A stretch of 64,000 nucleotides of DNA from a virus. The notes beneath the pieces were generated by a model. The model saw only the letters and a program-made list of their open reading frames with translations. It did not search any database and was not told the DNA's origin. Position 1 is the first letter of the stretch. Each line of letters starts with the position of its first letter. The DNA lies in IMG/VR virus record IMGVR_UViG_3300021960_000027, positions 1-64,000 of that record; one strand, written 5' to 3'. Both the position numbers and the translations under genes were made by a program. Below, piece by piece: positions 55,007 through 64,000 of the stretch.

Positions 55007-55830
55007 AACTCGCCCCAATCCCAAATCATATTTTGCTTCCGTCCGACATGGAGTTGAGACGGATTGCATCCAACCATCGGATTCGCAAACCAGATGACTG
55101 CAACACTTGTGGTGGTCAAAAGACTTTTAGGTTTTGGAACGAGGACAGAACAGAGGTAGTTGACTGGGAGTGCAACTGTGAGGATCAGTATGTTCTCTCG
55201 TTGTATTTTGCAAGCCGTGGAATTTCACGCAGGGACTCCACCATTTCTTGGGCTGACATGACCGCAGTTCCACAGGCAGGCATTGAGTGGCGAAACAATT
55301 ATCTTTCAAATGCAGATGCATTTGTTCGCAATGGGTTTGGTGCCGTTCTTATTGGTGATTCAGGAACTGGTAAGTCTGCATTGGTCAATCTCATGCTTCG
55401 CACACTGATGTTTTTGGGTTACGACGGATATTTCATCCGTTACCCATCTTTGCTTGATTGGGTTCCAAAGACTTGGCAAGACGAAGAGGAAGACCACTTC
55501 TTTAAGAAGAGGGTTGTTAACGCTGGGGTACTGGTCATTGATGACTTGGGTGGCTCAACTTCAGAGATTGAAAAATCTTCCCCAGAGTTTGCGATGAGGG
55601 CAATCGACAACATCCTTCGACATCGACTGAGCGTAGGCGTTCCAACATTTATTACATCTCGCCTATCGGCAGACAAATTGCAGTCAATCTTTGGTCAATC
55701 AATCAGCGACCTCATTCGTGAATCATCCAGCATTCATGTTCTTCGTGGAGAATCTTTCCGTCATACGGGGGAAGACCCGTTTGTTGCTGATATCAAGAAT
55801 GGTATGTCTCGTCCGGTGGTGTTTGGCTGA
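55003..55830 (+). CDS. dnaC: DnaC/IstB-like helicase loader
   Basis: CxxC..CxC, GDSGTGKS, LVIDDLG, PTFITS. Confidence 0.85.
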   Translation: MKLAPIPNHILLPSDMELRRIASNHRIRKPDDCNTCGGQKTFRFWNEDRTEVVDWECNCEDQYVLSLYFASRGISRRDSTISWADMTAVPQAGIEWRNNYLSNADAFVRNGFGAVLIGDSGTGKSALVNLMLRTLMFLGYDGYFIRYPSLLDWVPKTWQDEEEDHFFKKRVVNAGVLVIDDLGGSTSEIEKSSPEFAMRAIDNILRHRLSVGVPTFITSRLSADKLQSIFGQSISDLIRESSSIHVLRGESFRHTGEDPFVADIKNGMSRPVVFG

Positions 55831-57137
55831 TGGCAACACAGTTTGAAAAGGTTTTCATTCAGCACCTCACAATTTCAGAGTCGATGGAAAAGATTGTGGA
55901 GATGGGCGTTTCTCCAGATGTCTTTGTCGATCACGAACTCAAGGCAATCTATTCATTCGCACTCCAGTATTGGCATCAGGATCATTCGGGTGGTATTGCT
56001 CCATCTTCGGATGCGCTTAAGACTCACTTTTCAAACGTGCTGGCAGAACATGAGATTGACGTTGAGTACGAGCCAGAAGATTCTTTGGAATGGTCGGTAG
56101 AGGCTCTTCGTGGTTCCTTTATTGACCGTCAGTGGCAGTCATGGGTGCGTGATTTTGCTACCGACATGTCAGGGGCAGACATTCTTGATAAGCCTGAGGT
56201 TTTGACCGAAGCACTTGACCGTCTTATGGGAATCCAAACTGCAATGTCACGAAAGACAGAGCAGGTTGACATCAGGGACGGCATGTCAGACAGGCTTACC
56301 GAGTATCTTCGTCGTGAGTCCGAGCGGGGCAACAATGTCATTCGTGGCATTCCGTTTGGAATGGAGCAAATCGATTCTCATACAAACGGTATTCTTCCCG
56401 GGGAACTCTGTGTTCTCGCGGCCGGTCCGAAAACGGGTAAATCGTTTATGCTCCTTTATTCAGCACTTCAGTATTGGAAGGCTGGTGGAGTGCCAGTCCT
56501 TTTTACGCTGGAGAACTCTGTTGAGATGACGCAAGACAGACTTGCCTGCATGGAACTCGGTATTGACGCTCGTCGTTGGAATCGGGGAGAGTGCGACGAA
56601 GGTGAACTTCAAAGAATTCGTGAGTGGACAGATGCTCTTCGCAACTCTGAGCGACCATTTTGGATTCTCCAGCCTGAACCCGGAAAGCGGACGGTCGACT
56701 TAATGATTCGTCAAGCGCGAGTTCTTGGCAACGCCGCGTTCATTGACCAGTTAACTTTTGTTGATGTACCAAAAGCAAGCGACCGCTCTCCACGGCACAT
56801 TCAAATCAGAGACATTCTCCATGACTTAAAGTCGATTATTTCTTCCGGCAATCGGATTCCATGTTTGATGGCTCATCAGATTAATCGTGAGGGAGTAAAG
56901 TCAGCAGAGCGAAGTGGGAAGTTGGAGATGTACCACTTGGCAGAATCTGCTGAGGTTGAAAGAACTGCCGACTGGGTTTTTGGACTTTGGCAGGGCGAAG
57001 GTTTGAGGCAGGCTGGTCGTGCGTACATCCAGATGCTCGCGGCTCGTCGTGAAGACCTTGTCGATTGGGAAGCAGTTTGGCGACCTCATATTGGTCAGAT
57101 TGCAGTCCGTGGTCAAGTAGATTTGAGTCAGGTGTGA
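55830..57137 (+). CDS. dnaB: DnaB-like replicative helicase
   Basis: AGPKTGKS, FTLE, FIDQL, HQINR, ERTAD. Confidence 0.9.
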   Translation: MATQFEKVFIQHLTISESMEKIVEMGVSPDVFVDHELKAIYSFALQYWHQDHSGGIAPSSDALKTHFSNVLAEHEIDVEYEPEDSLEWSVEALRGSFIDRQWQSWVRDFATDMSGADILDKPEVLTEALDRLMGIQTAMSRKTEQVDIRDGMSDRLTEYLRRESERGNNVIRGIPFGMEQIDSHTNGILPGELCVLAAGPKTGKSFMLLYSALQYWKAGGVPVLFTLENSVEMTQDRLACMELGIDARRWNRGECDEGELQRIREWTDALRNSERPFWILQPEPGKRTVDLMIRQARVLGNAAFIDQLTFVDVPKASDRSPRHIQIRDILHDLKSIISSGNRIPCLMAHQINREGVKSAERSGKLEMYHLAESAEVERTADWVFGLWQGEGLRQAGRAYIQMLAARREDLVDWEAVWRPHIGQIAVRGQVDLSQV

Positions 57138-58156
57138 CAAAATTTTCTCACCTTCCTGATGGCGAGAAAAAGCGTCTTTGTCTTGACCTGTTGCGTGAAT
57201 TCAACGCAAAGAACATTCGTGAATCGGGGGATGAGTTAATCCATTCCTGCCCTCTTCCATTTGGCATGCACAGAAATGGCGACTCAAATCCTTCAGCATC
57301 TTTGAACTGGCAGAAGTTGGTTTTTAATTGCTTGGGGTGCGGTGGCAAAGGCTCATTGCTTTGGTTCATCTCTGTCATGCGCGGAGAATCCACCGAAGAT
57401 GCAAGGGGATGGCTTTCCGCTCAAACTGGAGTAAACGGTGTTCAGGAAATCGGTGCGTTGATGCAGTTTCTTGATTCATTGAATGAGTCACCAGAGGATA
57501 ACGACCACTCGGTCATGCCACGCTACAACTCTCGTATCTTGGAACCGTGGCTGGTAGATCACCCATACTTTTCTTTTCGTCGCCTGCCAGAACAAAATGT
57601 CAAAGATTCAAAAATTGGATTCGATGGCTCAAGCATTATCATTCCACACTTCTGGAATGAAGAACTTGTCGGCTGGCAAGCAAGACGGTTAGTCAAGGAT
57701 CAGGGACCGAAATACAAATCGACCCCAGAGTTTCCACGGGATAGAACCCTCTACAACTACAATCGCCATTCAGACACAGTGGTGGTAGTTGAGTCTCCAA
57801 TGTCTGTCATCTCTAAGCGTCACCTCTTCCACCTAGAGGCAACATTTGGCGCGGCAGTTACCACTAAACAATGTTCTCTTATTGCAAACCATCGTGGTCG
57901 TATCATTTTGTTTTTTGATAACGATGAGGCTGGGTGGAAGGCAACAACAACGGTTGGTGATTGGCTTTGCCAACGTCAAAGCAACGTGTTCGCCGTTGAC
58001 AATCCGTACGCGGCTGACCCTGCCGACATGAGCGATGAGATGTTCAGCAGACTTGTATCAAATAATGTAGTACCGTATGTTCTTTGGAGCAGACCGTCTA
58101 GTTTAAAGGAAATGGATGATGGGTTTCACCAAGTACAGTCGTGGGAAAGTTCTTAA
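57134..58156 (+). CDS. dnaG: DNA primase (CHC2 Zn finger plus TOPRIM)
   Basis: CP...H..D.NPS...FNCLGCG; KY; VVES; FDNDEAG; DPAD. Confidence 0.9.
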   Translation: MTKFSHLPDGEKKRLCLDLLREFNAKNIRESGDELIHSCPLPFGMHRNGDSNPSASLNWQKLVFNCLGCGGKGSLLWFISVMRGESTEDARGWLSAQTGVNGVQEIGALMQFLDSLNESPEDNDHSVMPRYNSRILEPWLVDHPYFSFRRLPEQNVKDSKIGFDGSSIIIPHFWNEELVGWQARRLVKDQGPKYKSTPEFPRDRTLYNYNRHSDTVVVVESPMSVISKRHLFHLEATFGAAVTTKQCSLIANHRGRIILFFDNDEAGWKATTTVGDWLCQRQSNVFAVDNPYAADPADMSDEMFSRLVSNNVVPYVLWSRPSSLKEMDDGFHQVQSWESS

Positions 58157-58884
58157 GAGTGAAGAAGAGTCATCCGATAATCAGGATGGATCAGAGCAAG
58201 AAAGACTCCAAAGAATTACGGATGCTCTTGCAGAAGACGGCGAGGGAACAGAGGACTGAACCCTTTCTTGTTGGGGGTCAGCCTTGGTTTTCTTCCAGCA
58301 CGGCAATAGAGCCACTTAGATTTGTTTGGGACACCAATAGTTTTTACAGAAGGCTCGGTGTTGAACCCAGCGCAACCCGTGGAGAAATTGGCGTTGCGTA
58401 TCGCGATAATCCGAATCGTGATGATCCCTACCTAACCCATATTGCCAAGACTCTAGTGGATAAGAGCATTAGGCTTCGTTACGACTGGACTCCACTCGGT
58501 ATGTTCTGGTCAGACGACCAACGGCTACAGCACGCCATTGAAGAGGCGTTAGATCAATCCGGTGAAATTGAATCCCTAGAAACTGCAACGGGGAGTGTTG
58601 CAGAGTGGGGATTTTTTGTTCTTGGAGTTGACCAAAACGATGTAGAAGAGTCTTCTGTTGTGCTGTGGCGAAGTGCGGTTATTGAGTGCCTATCTCAATT
58701 TACTGAAGTACCTCCCATCGCTGTTGGGATTGGGGCGCAGTCTTCCGACCCGACCATTGTGGTTCGGGACAAAAGAATTATTTTTTTCGCACCGAACATG
58801 CTTGACGATCAACTTGCTAGGCAGTATGCTTCAGATGTCGTCGCGTCCGTGGCGACAATCGACCCAGAATCACTCACCAATTAG
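58141..58884 (+). CDS. DnaJ-like domain protein (start uncertain)
   Basis: WD.N.FYRRLGV.P.AT..EI..AY ... R.RYD; no HPD motif. Confidence 0.55.
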   Translation: MGKFLRVKKSHPIIRMDQSKKDSKELRMLLQKTAREQRTEPFLVGGQPWFSSSTAIEPLRFVWDTNSFYRRLGVEPSATRGEIGVAYRDNPNRDDPYLTHIAKTLVDKSIRLRYDWTPLGMFWSDDQRLQHAIEEALDQSGEIESLETATGSVAEWGFFVLGVDQNDVEESSVVLWRSAVIECLSQFTEVPPIAVGIGAQSSDPTIVVRDKRIIFFAPNMLDDQLARQYASDVVASVATIDPESLTN

Positions 58885-58896
58885 GGGGTAACCAAC

Positions 58897-59820
58897 ATGT
58901 CAGATTTTGACTTCCGCTCAGGTGCGGTAGCCGCGAAAGAATCATCGGAGAAGAAGTCTCCAAGTGGCTCTGCGAAGACCGAGTATTTCAACCTGAAAGA
59001 TGGTGAAAGCACCATCCTTCGTTTCTTGACCGACGTAGATGAAATCATCACTGTCGATCAGCACACTTTTGTGTCAACTCGCCCTGCTCCATCTGGATAC
59101 ACCGGCAAGTTTCCTCAGGCAATGAATGCCATTTGCCGTCGTGACCCTGCATTCGGTGGAACCTACGCAGATTGTTTTATCTGTGACCACCTTGCAATCG
59201 AAGAAAAGAAGTTCGCGGCAAAGCCCCGTGCATGGGCACTCGCGGCAGTTCGTGAACCAGTTTACGAAAACGGAACTCTCGTTGGTTTGCGCGATGCAGT
59301 GCGTCGTGTTCCAGAAGTTATTGATGGTCGTGAAACAGGTCGGGAGATTGAAGAAAAGGCAGTCGTCATTGTGAACATGGCGTTCCATAACTTCTTCTCC
59401 CATGTCTTTGGGCATGCCAACTCCGCGGCAAACGGTGGAACCTTGCTCAATCGTGACTATGAGATTCGTCGCTCAGGTAGCGGACTGCAAACGTCATACA
59501 CCATTACTGGACTTGACAAGATTACGATGGAAGACGGCAAGATTTATGACTTGCGTGATCCCGACATCATGGCTCGCTACCGTCCATATCCTGACTTGAC
59601 TCAGATTCTTGTTGATCGTTCATCTGATGATTACTATGCACGGTTCTTTGATACCCGTGTGCCTCACCCACAGCAGGGTGCTGGCTCTTCATCTTCATCC
59701 CCCAGTGGTGAGCAAGGAATGCGTTTTGCAGTGAGCGCACCAACCAACGACATGCCTACTATGCCGACGAGTGCATCGGCAGAGGACATCATGTCTCGCG
59801 TAACTGCACGCAATGCTTGA
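58897..59820 (+). CDS. single-stranded DNA-binding protein (gp32-like)
   Basis: YF.LKDGE...LRFL, C...C..C, RDY.I.R.G.G..T.Y. Confidence 0.75.
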   Translation: MSDFDFRSGAVAAKESSEKKSPSGSAKTEYFNLKDGESTILRFLTDVDEIITVDQHTFVSTRPAPSGYTGKFPQAMNAICRRDPAFGGTYADCFICDHLAIEEKKFAAKPRAWALAAVREPVYENGTLVGLRDAVRRVPEVIDGRETGREIEEKAVVIVNMAFHNFFSHVFGHANSAANGGTLLNRDYEIRRSGSGLQTSYTITGLDKITMEDGKIYDLRDPDIMARYRPYPDLTQILVDRSSDDYYARFFDTRVPHPQQGAGSSSSSPSGEQGMRFAVSAPTNDMPTMPTSASAEDIMSRVTARNA

Positions 59821-59918
59821 TTGAATGAAGGCGGTCATTTAATCAGGCAAAGAACGGTTTGCCCAGAGACACAAATCCCCCCCATCGTGTCTCTGGGCAG
59901 ACCAACCAAGGGGGCGTT

Positions 59919-62900
59919 GTGTATTTTGTAGTTGAGTCATTTTCCGTTGACAGAGTAACCAGTGGTTTACTGTCTGGTGTGCCAGTCCCCTCAGTAATTG
60001 AGGATGCTGATGGTGGCTACAGATGGTTACTTGTACCCGATGGTTTAGTCATTACATCTCATTGGGAAAATGCCTATCGATTGGGTGCGATGGGAGTTTT
60101 GTCTATTTCTGATGGGCAACTTTTCTTTGCAACGACGAATTCTGTTATGCAGTCAAGTGGAGGCTTTTCTTTTTCTGTCCCTTCTTCTGAACTGGTTGCT
60201 GTTGAGTCACTCCCATCTTCTTCCGATTTAGCGTTGTACGAATCTCGCTCTCCGATCATTTCTGAAAGTGGATTTGTTCACCTCCATGCCCATAGCGAAT
60301 TTTCCCCACTAGATGGATTGGCGACAGTTCAAGAAATGGTTGATGAGGCGGTTCGCCACAACCAGTCCGCTATTGCTGTTACCGATCACGGAGTTTGTGC
60401 CGCGCATCCAGAGTTGGCAAAGGTTGCTCGTCGCGCTGGCATCAAGCCGGTGTTTGGAATTGAGGCGAACTTTGTTAACCATCGCAGAGTCAAGGAATCG
60501 GTTGGAGATTATTATCACCTCATTCTTTGGGCGCAAAACGAGCGTGGGCTAAGGAATCTTTGGAGTGCTTCAAGTGAGGCATACAGAGATGGTTTTTACG
60601 GCAGGGCGAGAATGGATTGGGATACTCTTTCTCGCAACAACGATGGGGTTATGTGTTCAACAGCATGCCTGCGTGGTCCGCTTTCTGACATGATTTTGGA
60701 CGGGGATGAAGACGGTGTTCGTGCAAGCCTCTCTCGCCTACAGGCATTGTTCGGGGATCGCCTTTACGTCGAACTTCACACGAATCAGTTGCCACAACAA
60801 AGGGTTGTTAACGAGGCACTGGTGCAGTTGGCGCAGGAGTTTTCTCTTCCCACTATCGCTGTTGCTGACTCTCATTATGCGTGCCAGTCAGACCACAAAG
60901 CCCATAAGGTTTGGATCGCGGCACAGACAAACAAGTCGCTACAAGATGAAGGTGATTTGTTTGCTGGGGATGAGCATTATCACATTTCTTCAGTAGATGA
61001 AATCCGTCAGTCACTGAGTTACTTGCCACAGTCAGTGGTAGATGAATCTATCTTTCAGACATCTGTTGTCGCTGATCTTTGCAACGCTGGGTTAGAGTCT
61101 CGCAAGTCAACTCCTGTCTTTCACCGCAAGGGCGAAGACAGTGGTTCAGATAAAGATGCCAGAGTGCTTCGTCAGATGTGTTTGGACGCTTGGTCAAAAG
61201 TTGCTGATAAGCCGAATCAGGAAGAGTACGTCGAAAGACTGGAAGAAGAACTTGACCTGCTGGTATCAAAAAAATTCTGTGGCTACATCCTTCTTGTTGC
61301 CGACTATTGCCGTTGGTGTAAAGAGAACATGATTCTGATGGGACCGGGGCGTGGTTCTGCCGCGGGTTCCTTGGTTTGCTATCTCACTGGTATTACTGAG
61401 GTTGACCCGATTGATGCGAGGCTTTTGTTTGAGCGGTTTTTGACTCCGGGCAGAACTTCTCTTCCAGACATTGACTCAGACTTTCCAGCATCTAAGAGGG
61501 ATGTAATTACTCAGTACATTGTTGATCGCTGGGGAGAGGATCGTGTTGTACGGGTAGGGACTCATATTCGTCTTGCCAACCGTGGTGTGATGCGCGACCT
61601 TGCCCGTGTACTTAGGGACTCTCTTTCGATTGATTACCGAGATGTTGATGCTGTCTCAAAGATTATTGAAGACGCTGAGTCTGGTACTGCCGGTCTTGGT
61701 TTAAGTTGGGATGAGTTGTGGGGTCAGGTTGGAGATGAGTTGTCTCCATATCAACTTAAGTATCCAGAATGGTTTGAGTACGCAGACAAGTTTGTAGGTC
61801 GATTGAAGTCGTACGGCAAGCACGCGGCTGGGGTTGTAATTGACCCAGAGCGTTCAATTATTGACCGTCTTCCCCTTCGTGGTGGGGAAAGTGAACAACC
61901 AATTACTGAATTTGCGATGGAAGATTTAGAGGAACTTGGGTACGTCAAGTTTGACCTGCTGACTCTTCGTACTCTGGACACAATTCAGGTGTGTTTGGAT
62001 TCAATTCGTGAAGACGAAAAACTTTCGTTAGGTTCACCTAACATTTACGAATGGAACGAAGAATACAACGACCCTCAAGTTTGGGACATGCTGTGTGAGG
62101 GAGAGACGCTTGGCGTTTTTCAAATCGAAACATCTGCTGGCACGAAACTGACAAAGAGGTTCAAGCCACGTTCGATTGATGACCTCTGCGCCATTCTCAC
62201 GTTGGTACGACCCGGACCGATTAGGTCTGGACTAACCGAAACCTACTTGTCTAGGAGAAGTGGCTCTGAACCAGTTCTCTCAATGCACCCACTGTTGGAC
62301 AACGTTTTGGATAAGACGTATCAAACAATGATTTATCAAGAGGACATCATGGCTGTCTGCCGAACTCTTGGTGGTTACACGACCGAAGAGGCAGATGAAG
62401 TACGTTCAATTCTTGGCAAGAAAAAGGTGGACAAGGTCGAATCAGAGGGTCGGCGTTTCATCAGTCGTTGTGTAGAGAATGGCGTTGAGTCAGATATTGC
62501 AATTCGTCTTTGGGATCAAATGCAAGAGTTTGCTCGCTATGCGTTCAACAGATCACACTCATGGTCATACGCTCTTCTTGCTTACTGGACTGCGTGGCTC
62601 AAGTGTCATTATCCAGTTCACTTCAGCGCGGCGGTTTTGTCTACTGTTAAAAAAGAGCGCATTCCACAGTTTGTAGAAATGACTCGCAGAATGGGTTATC
62701 AGGTTCTTCCCCCAGACATCAACGAGTCAAAAGACGGGTTCACAATTAGTGCTGACCGTATGTCGATTAGGTACGGACTTGATTCAGTTAAGAATGTTGG
62801 CTCTTCCGCAATGCAGGCAGTTTTGGTTGGTCAACCTTACGAATCAATGGATGATTTTTTGGAGCGAAAGGGTCGTGCCTGCCACATGGGGCATGTTGAG

Positions 62901-63560
62901 TTGCTTGCCCAACTGGGTGCGTTTGACAAAATCAGCGGAATGCATCGCGCACAATTAGAGCAGTGGCTTAGTGATATTCGCTCTGGTAAATCGAAGGATT
63001 GTGCGTGGAAAGATGAATCAGTTACTGGTGCGCCAAACGATTTGCCATGTACGTTTGACTGGGCAACTGAGGTTCGTATCGGTAAATCTGGTAAGCCATT
63101 GAAGACAAAGCCAGTGCCAAAGCGGTGCGGTAAAACTTGCCGAAATTACACTGAGCGTTCTGATTCAGAAATGCCAGAAAATGTTCCAGTTCATTCTGAT
63201 GCTTTGATTCGTAATCGTGAGATGGACATGCTTGGCGTGTATTTGTCTAGCACTCCGTTTGATGATGTTGATAATGAAGTTAGATCATCCGTTGTTACAG
63301 CCCACCAGTTGGAGTCTCTTCCAACTGGAACCTACATCACTCTCGGAATTGTTACCGCTGTCCGCAAGAGGAACGATAAGGCAAACCGGCAAATGGCTTT
63401 TGTTGATATTTTGACTGAGCAGGGAACGTTGTCTACTGTCACCTTTTCGGGTGAGTGGGCGAGGTATCATGGGGACATTGTTGTTAGCAAAATGATGCTG
63501 GCAAGAGTTAAGACGAACAAGCGTGGAACACAAATTATTGATGTTGCACCAATCATTTGA
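59919..63560 (+). CDS. dnaE: DNA polymerase III alpha subunit
   Basis: FVHLHAHSEFS.LDG, TDHG, GRGSAAGSL, PDIDSDF, KHAAGVVI, KFDLL, YAFNRSH; OB fold. Confidence 0.95.
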   Translation: MYFVVESFSVDRVTSGLLSGVPVPSVIEDADGGYRWLLVPDGLVITSHWENAYRLGAMGVLSISDGQLFFATTNSVMQSSGGFSFSVPSSELVAVESLPSSSDLALYESRSPIISESGFVHLHAHSEFSPLDGLATVQEMVDEAVRHNQSAIAVTDHGVCAAHPELAKVARRAGIKPVFGIEANFVNHRRVKESVGDYYHLILWAQNERGLRNLWSASSEAYRDGFYGRARMDWDTLSRNNDGVMCSTACLRGPLSDMILDGDEDGVRASLSRLQALFGDRLYVELHTNQLPQQRVVNEALVQLAQEFSLPTIAVADSHYACQSDHKAHKVWIAAQTNKSLQDEGDLFAGDEHYHISSVDEIRQSLSYLPQSVVDESIFQTSVVADLCNAGLESRKSTPVFHRKGEDSGSDKDARVLRQMCLDAWSKVADKPNQEEYVERLEEELDLLVSKKFCGYILLVADYCRWCKENMILMGPGRGSAAGSLVCYLTGITEVDPIDARLLFERFLTPGRTSLPDIDSDFPASKRDVITQYIVDRWGEDRVVRVGTHIRLANRGVMRDLARVLRDSLSIDYRDVDAVSKIIEDAESGTAGLGLSWDELWGQVGDELSPYQLKYPEWFEYADKFVGRLKSYGKHAAGVVIDPERSIIDRLPLRGGESEQPITEFAMEDLEELGYVKFDLLTLRTLDTIQVCLDSIREDEKLSLGSPNIYEWNEEYNDPQVWDMLCEGETLGVFQIETSAGTKLTKRFKPRSIDDLCAILTLVRPGPIRSGLTETYLSRRSGSEPVLSMHPLLDNVLDKTYQTMIYQEDIMAVCRTLGGYTTEEADEVRSILGKKKVDKVESEGRRFISRCVENGVESDIAIRLWDQMQEFARYAFNRSHSWSYALLAYWTAWLKCHYPVHFSAAVLSTVKKERIPQFVEMTRRMGYQVLPPDINESKDGFTISADRMSIRYGLDSVKNVGSSAMQAVLVGQPYESMDDFLERKGRACHMGHVELLAQLGAFDKISGMHRAQLEQWLSDIRSGKSKDCAWKDESVTGAPNDLPCTFDWATEVRIGKSGKPLKTKPVPKRCGKTCRNYTERSDSEMPENVPVHSDALIRNREMDMLGVYLSSTPFDDVDNEVRSSVVTAHQLESLPTGTYITLGIVTAVRKRNDKANRQMAFVDILTEQGTLSTVTFSGEWARYHGDIVVSKMMLARVKTNKRGTQIIDVAPII

Positions 63561-63574
63561 GATAGGAGAACACG

Positions 63575-64000
63575 ATGGCTTCTTCGGCAAAGCAAAAGGC
63601 ACTTGAGGCTTTTATGGCTAAGGCAAGAAAGACGTACGGAGAGGAAACTTTTGTTCTGTCGCCAACGGTGACTGCTTACGATGTCATCCCGACTGGTTCA
63701 ATCACTTTGGATTACCACTTGTCTGTTGGTGGATGGACTGTTGGTCGGTTGCATGAAGTTTGGGGAGCAGAGGGTGTTGGCAAAACAACTTTGTGCTTGC
63801 TTTCTGTTGCAGAGGCTCAGAAGAAGTTCCCTGACAAGATTGTTGCTTGGATTGATGTCGAATACCGACTTGATAAGGCATGGGCGGTAAGTCACGGAGT
63901 TGATTTGGAACGCCTTCTGCATGTTCAACCAAAGGATGCAGAGGATGTCGCAGACCAAGTTAAAGACCTTTGCCGTTCTGAACTTGTTTCACTTATCGTT
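63575..64000 (+). CDS. recA: RecA-like recombinase, runs off the window end (not in ORF track)
   Basis: IPTGSITLD..LSVGG...GR..EVWGAEGVGKTT, AWIDVE..LD, GVD..RL...QP; AGGAG RBS. Confidence 0.9.
   Translation, partial: MASSAKQKALEAFMAKARKTYGEETFVLSPTVTAYDVIPTGSITLDYHLSVGGWTVGRLHEVWGAEGVGKTTLCLLSVAEAQKKFPDKIVAWIDVEYRLDKAWAVSHGVDLERLLHVQPKDAEDVADQVKDLCRSELVSLIV

Noticed and set aside
1-64000. Integrase, transposase, intein, terminase or portal; alternative genetic code
   Set aside because: No such motifs were recognised in the window, and genes tile densely under the standard code with all three stop codons used.

Overview
This window is a 64-kb internal segment of a large lytic myovirus of Actinobacteria. 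Gene order and proteins resemble the mycobacteriophage cluster C (Bxz1) / Rhodococcus phage E3 type. The moderate GC content and a Thr-rich surface protein hint at a freshwater Acidimicrobiia-like host, which is inference only. Layout: accessory and early genes (1-10.8 kb); prohead protease, scaffold, lysis and capsid genes (10.8-21.9 kb); neck, contractile tail and baseplate (21.9-43.3 kb); a SNF2 helicase and a second accessory island (43.3-50.8 kb); and a replication module (DinG, DnaC, DnaB, primase, SSB, DnaE, partial RecA). No terminase or portal is in the window. Four features stand out. (1) Several late-promoter-driven polyproteins consist of unrelated small domains joined by a repeated (S/A)SRKTA-type linker, which also occurs in the protease, scaffold and capsid precursors; this is a candidate protease-processed, head-packaged effector cargo system with ART, GNAT, zincin and transglutaminase-like domains. 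(2) A 79-nt tRNA-like-domain-only mini-tmRNA with Ala identity lies at 7012-7090. (3) A ~420-nt highly structured non-coding element follows an orphan HicA-like gene and sits at a strand-composition switch. (4) A CTGTC-N20-23-AAG(AG) late-promoter motif occurs nine times. All calls come from reading motifs by eye; no database searches were run.
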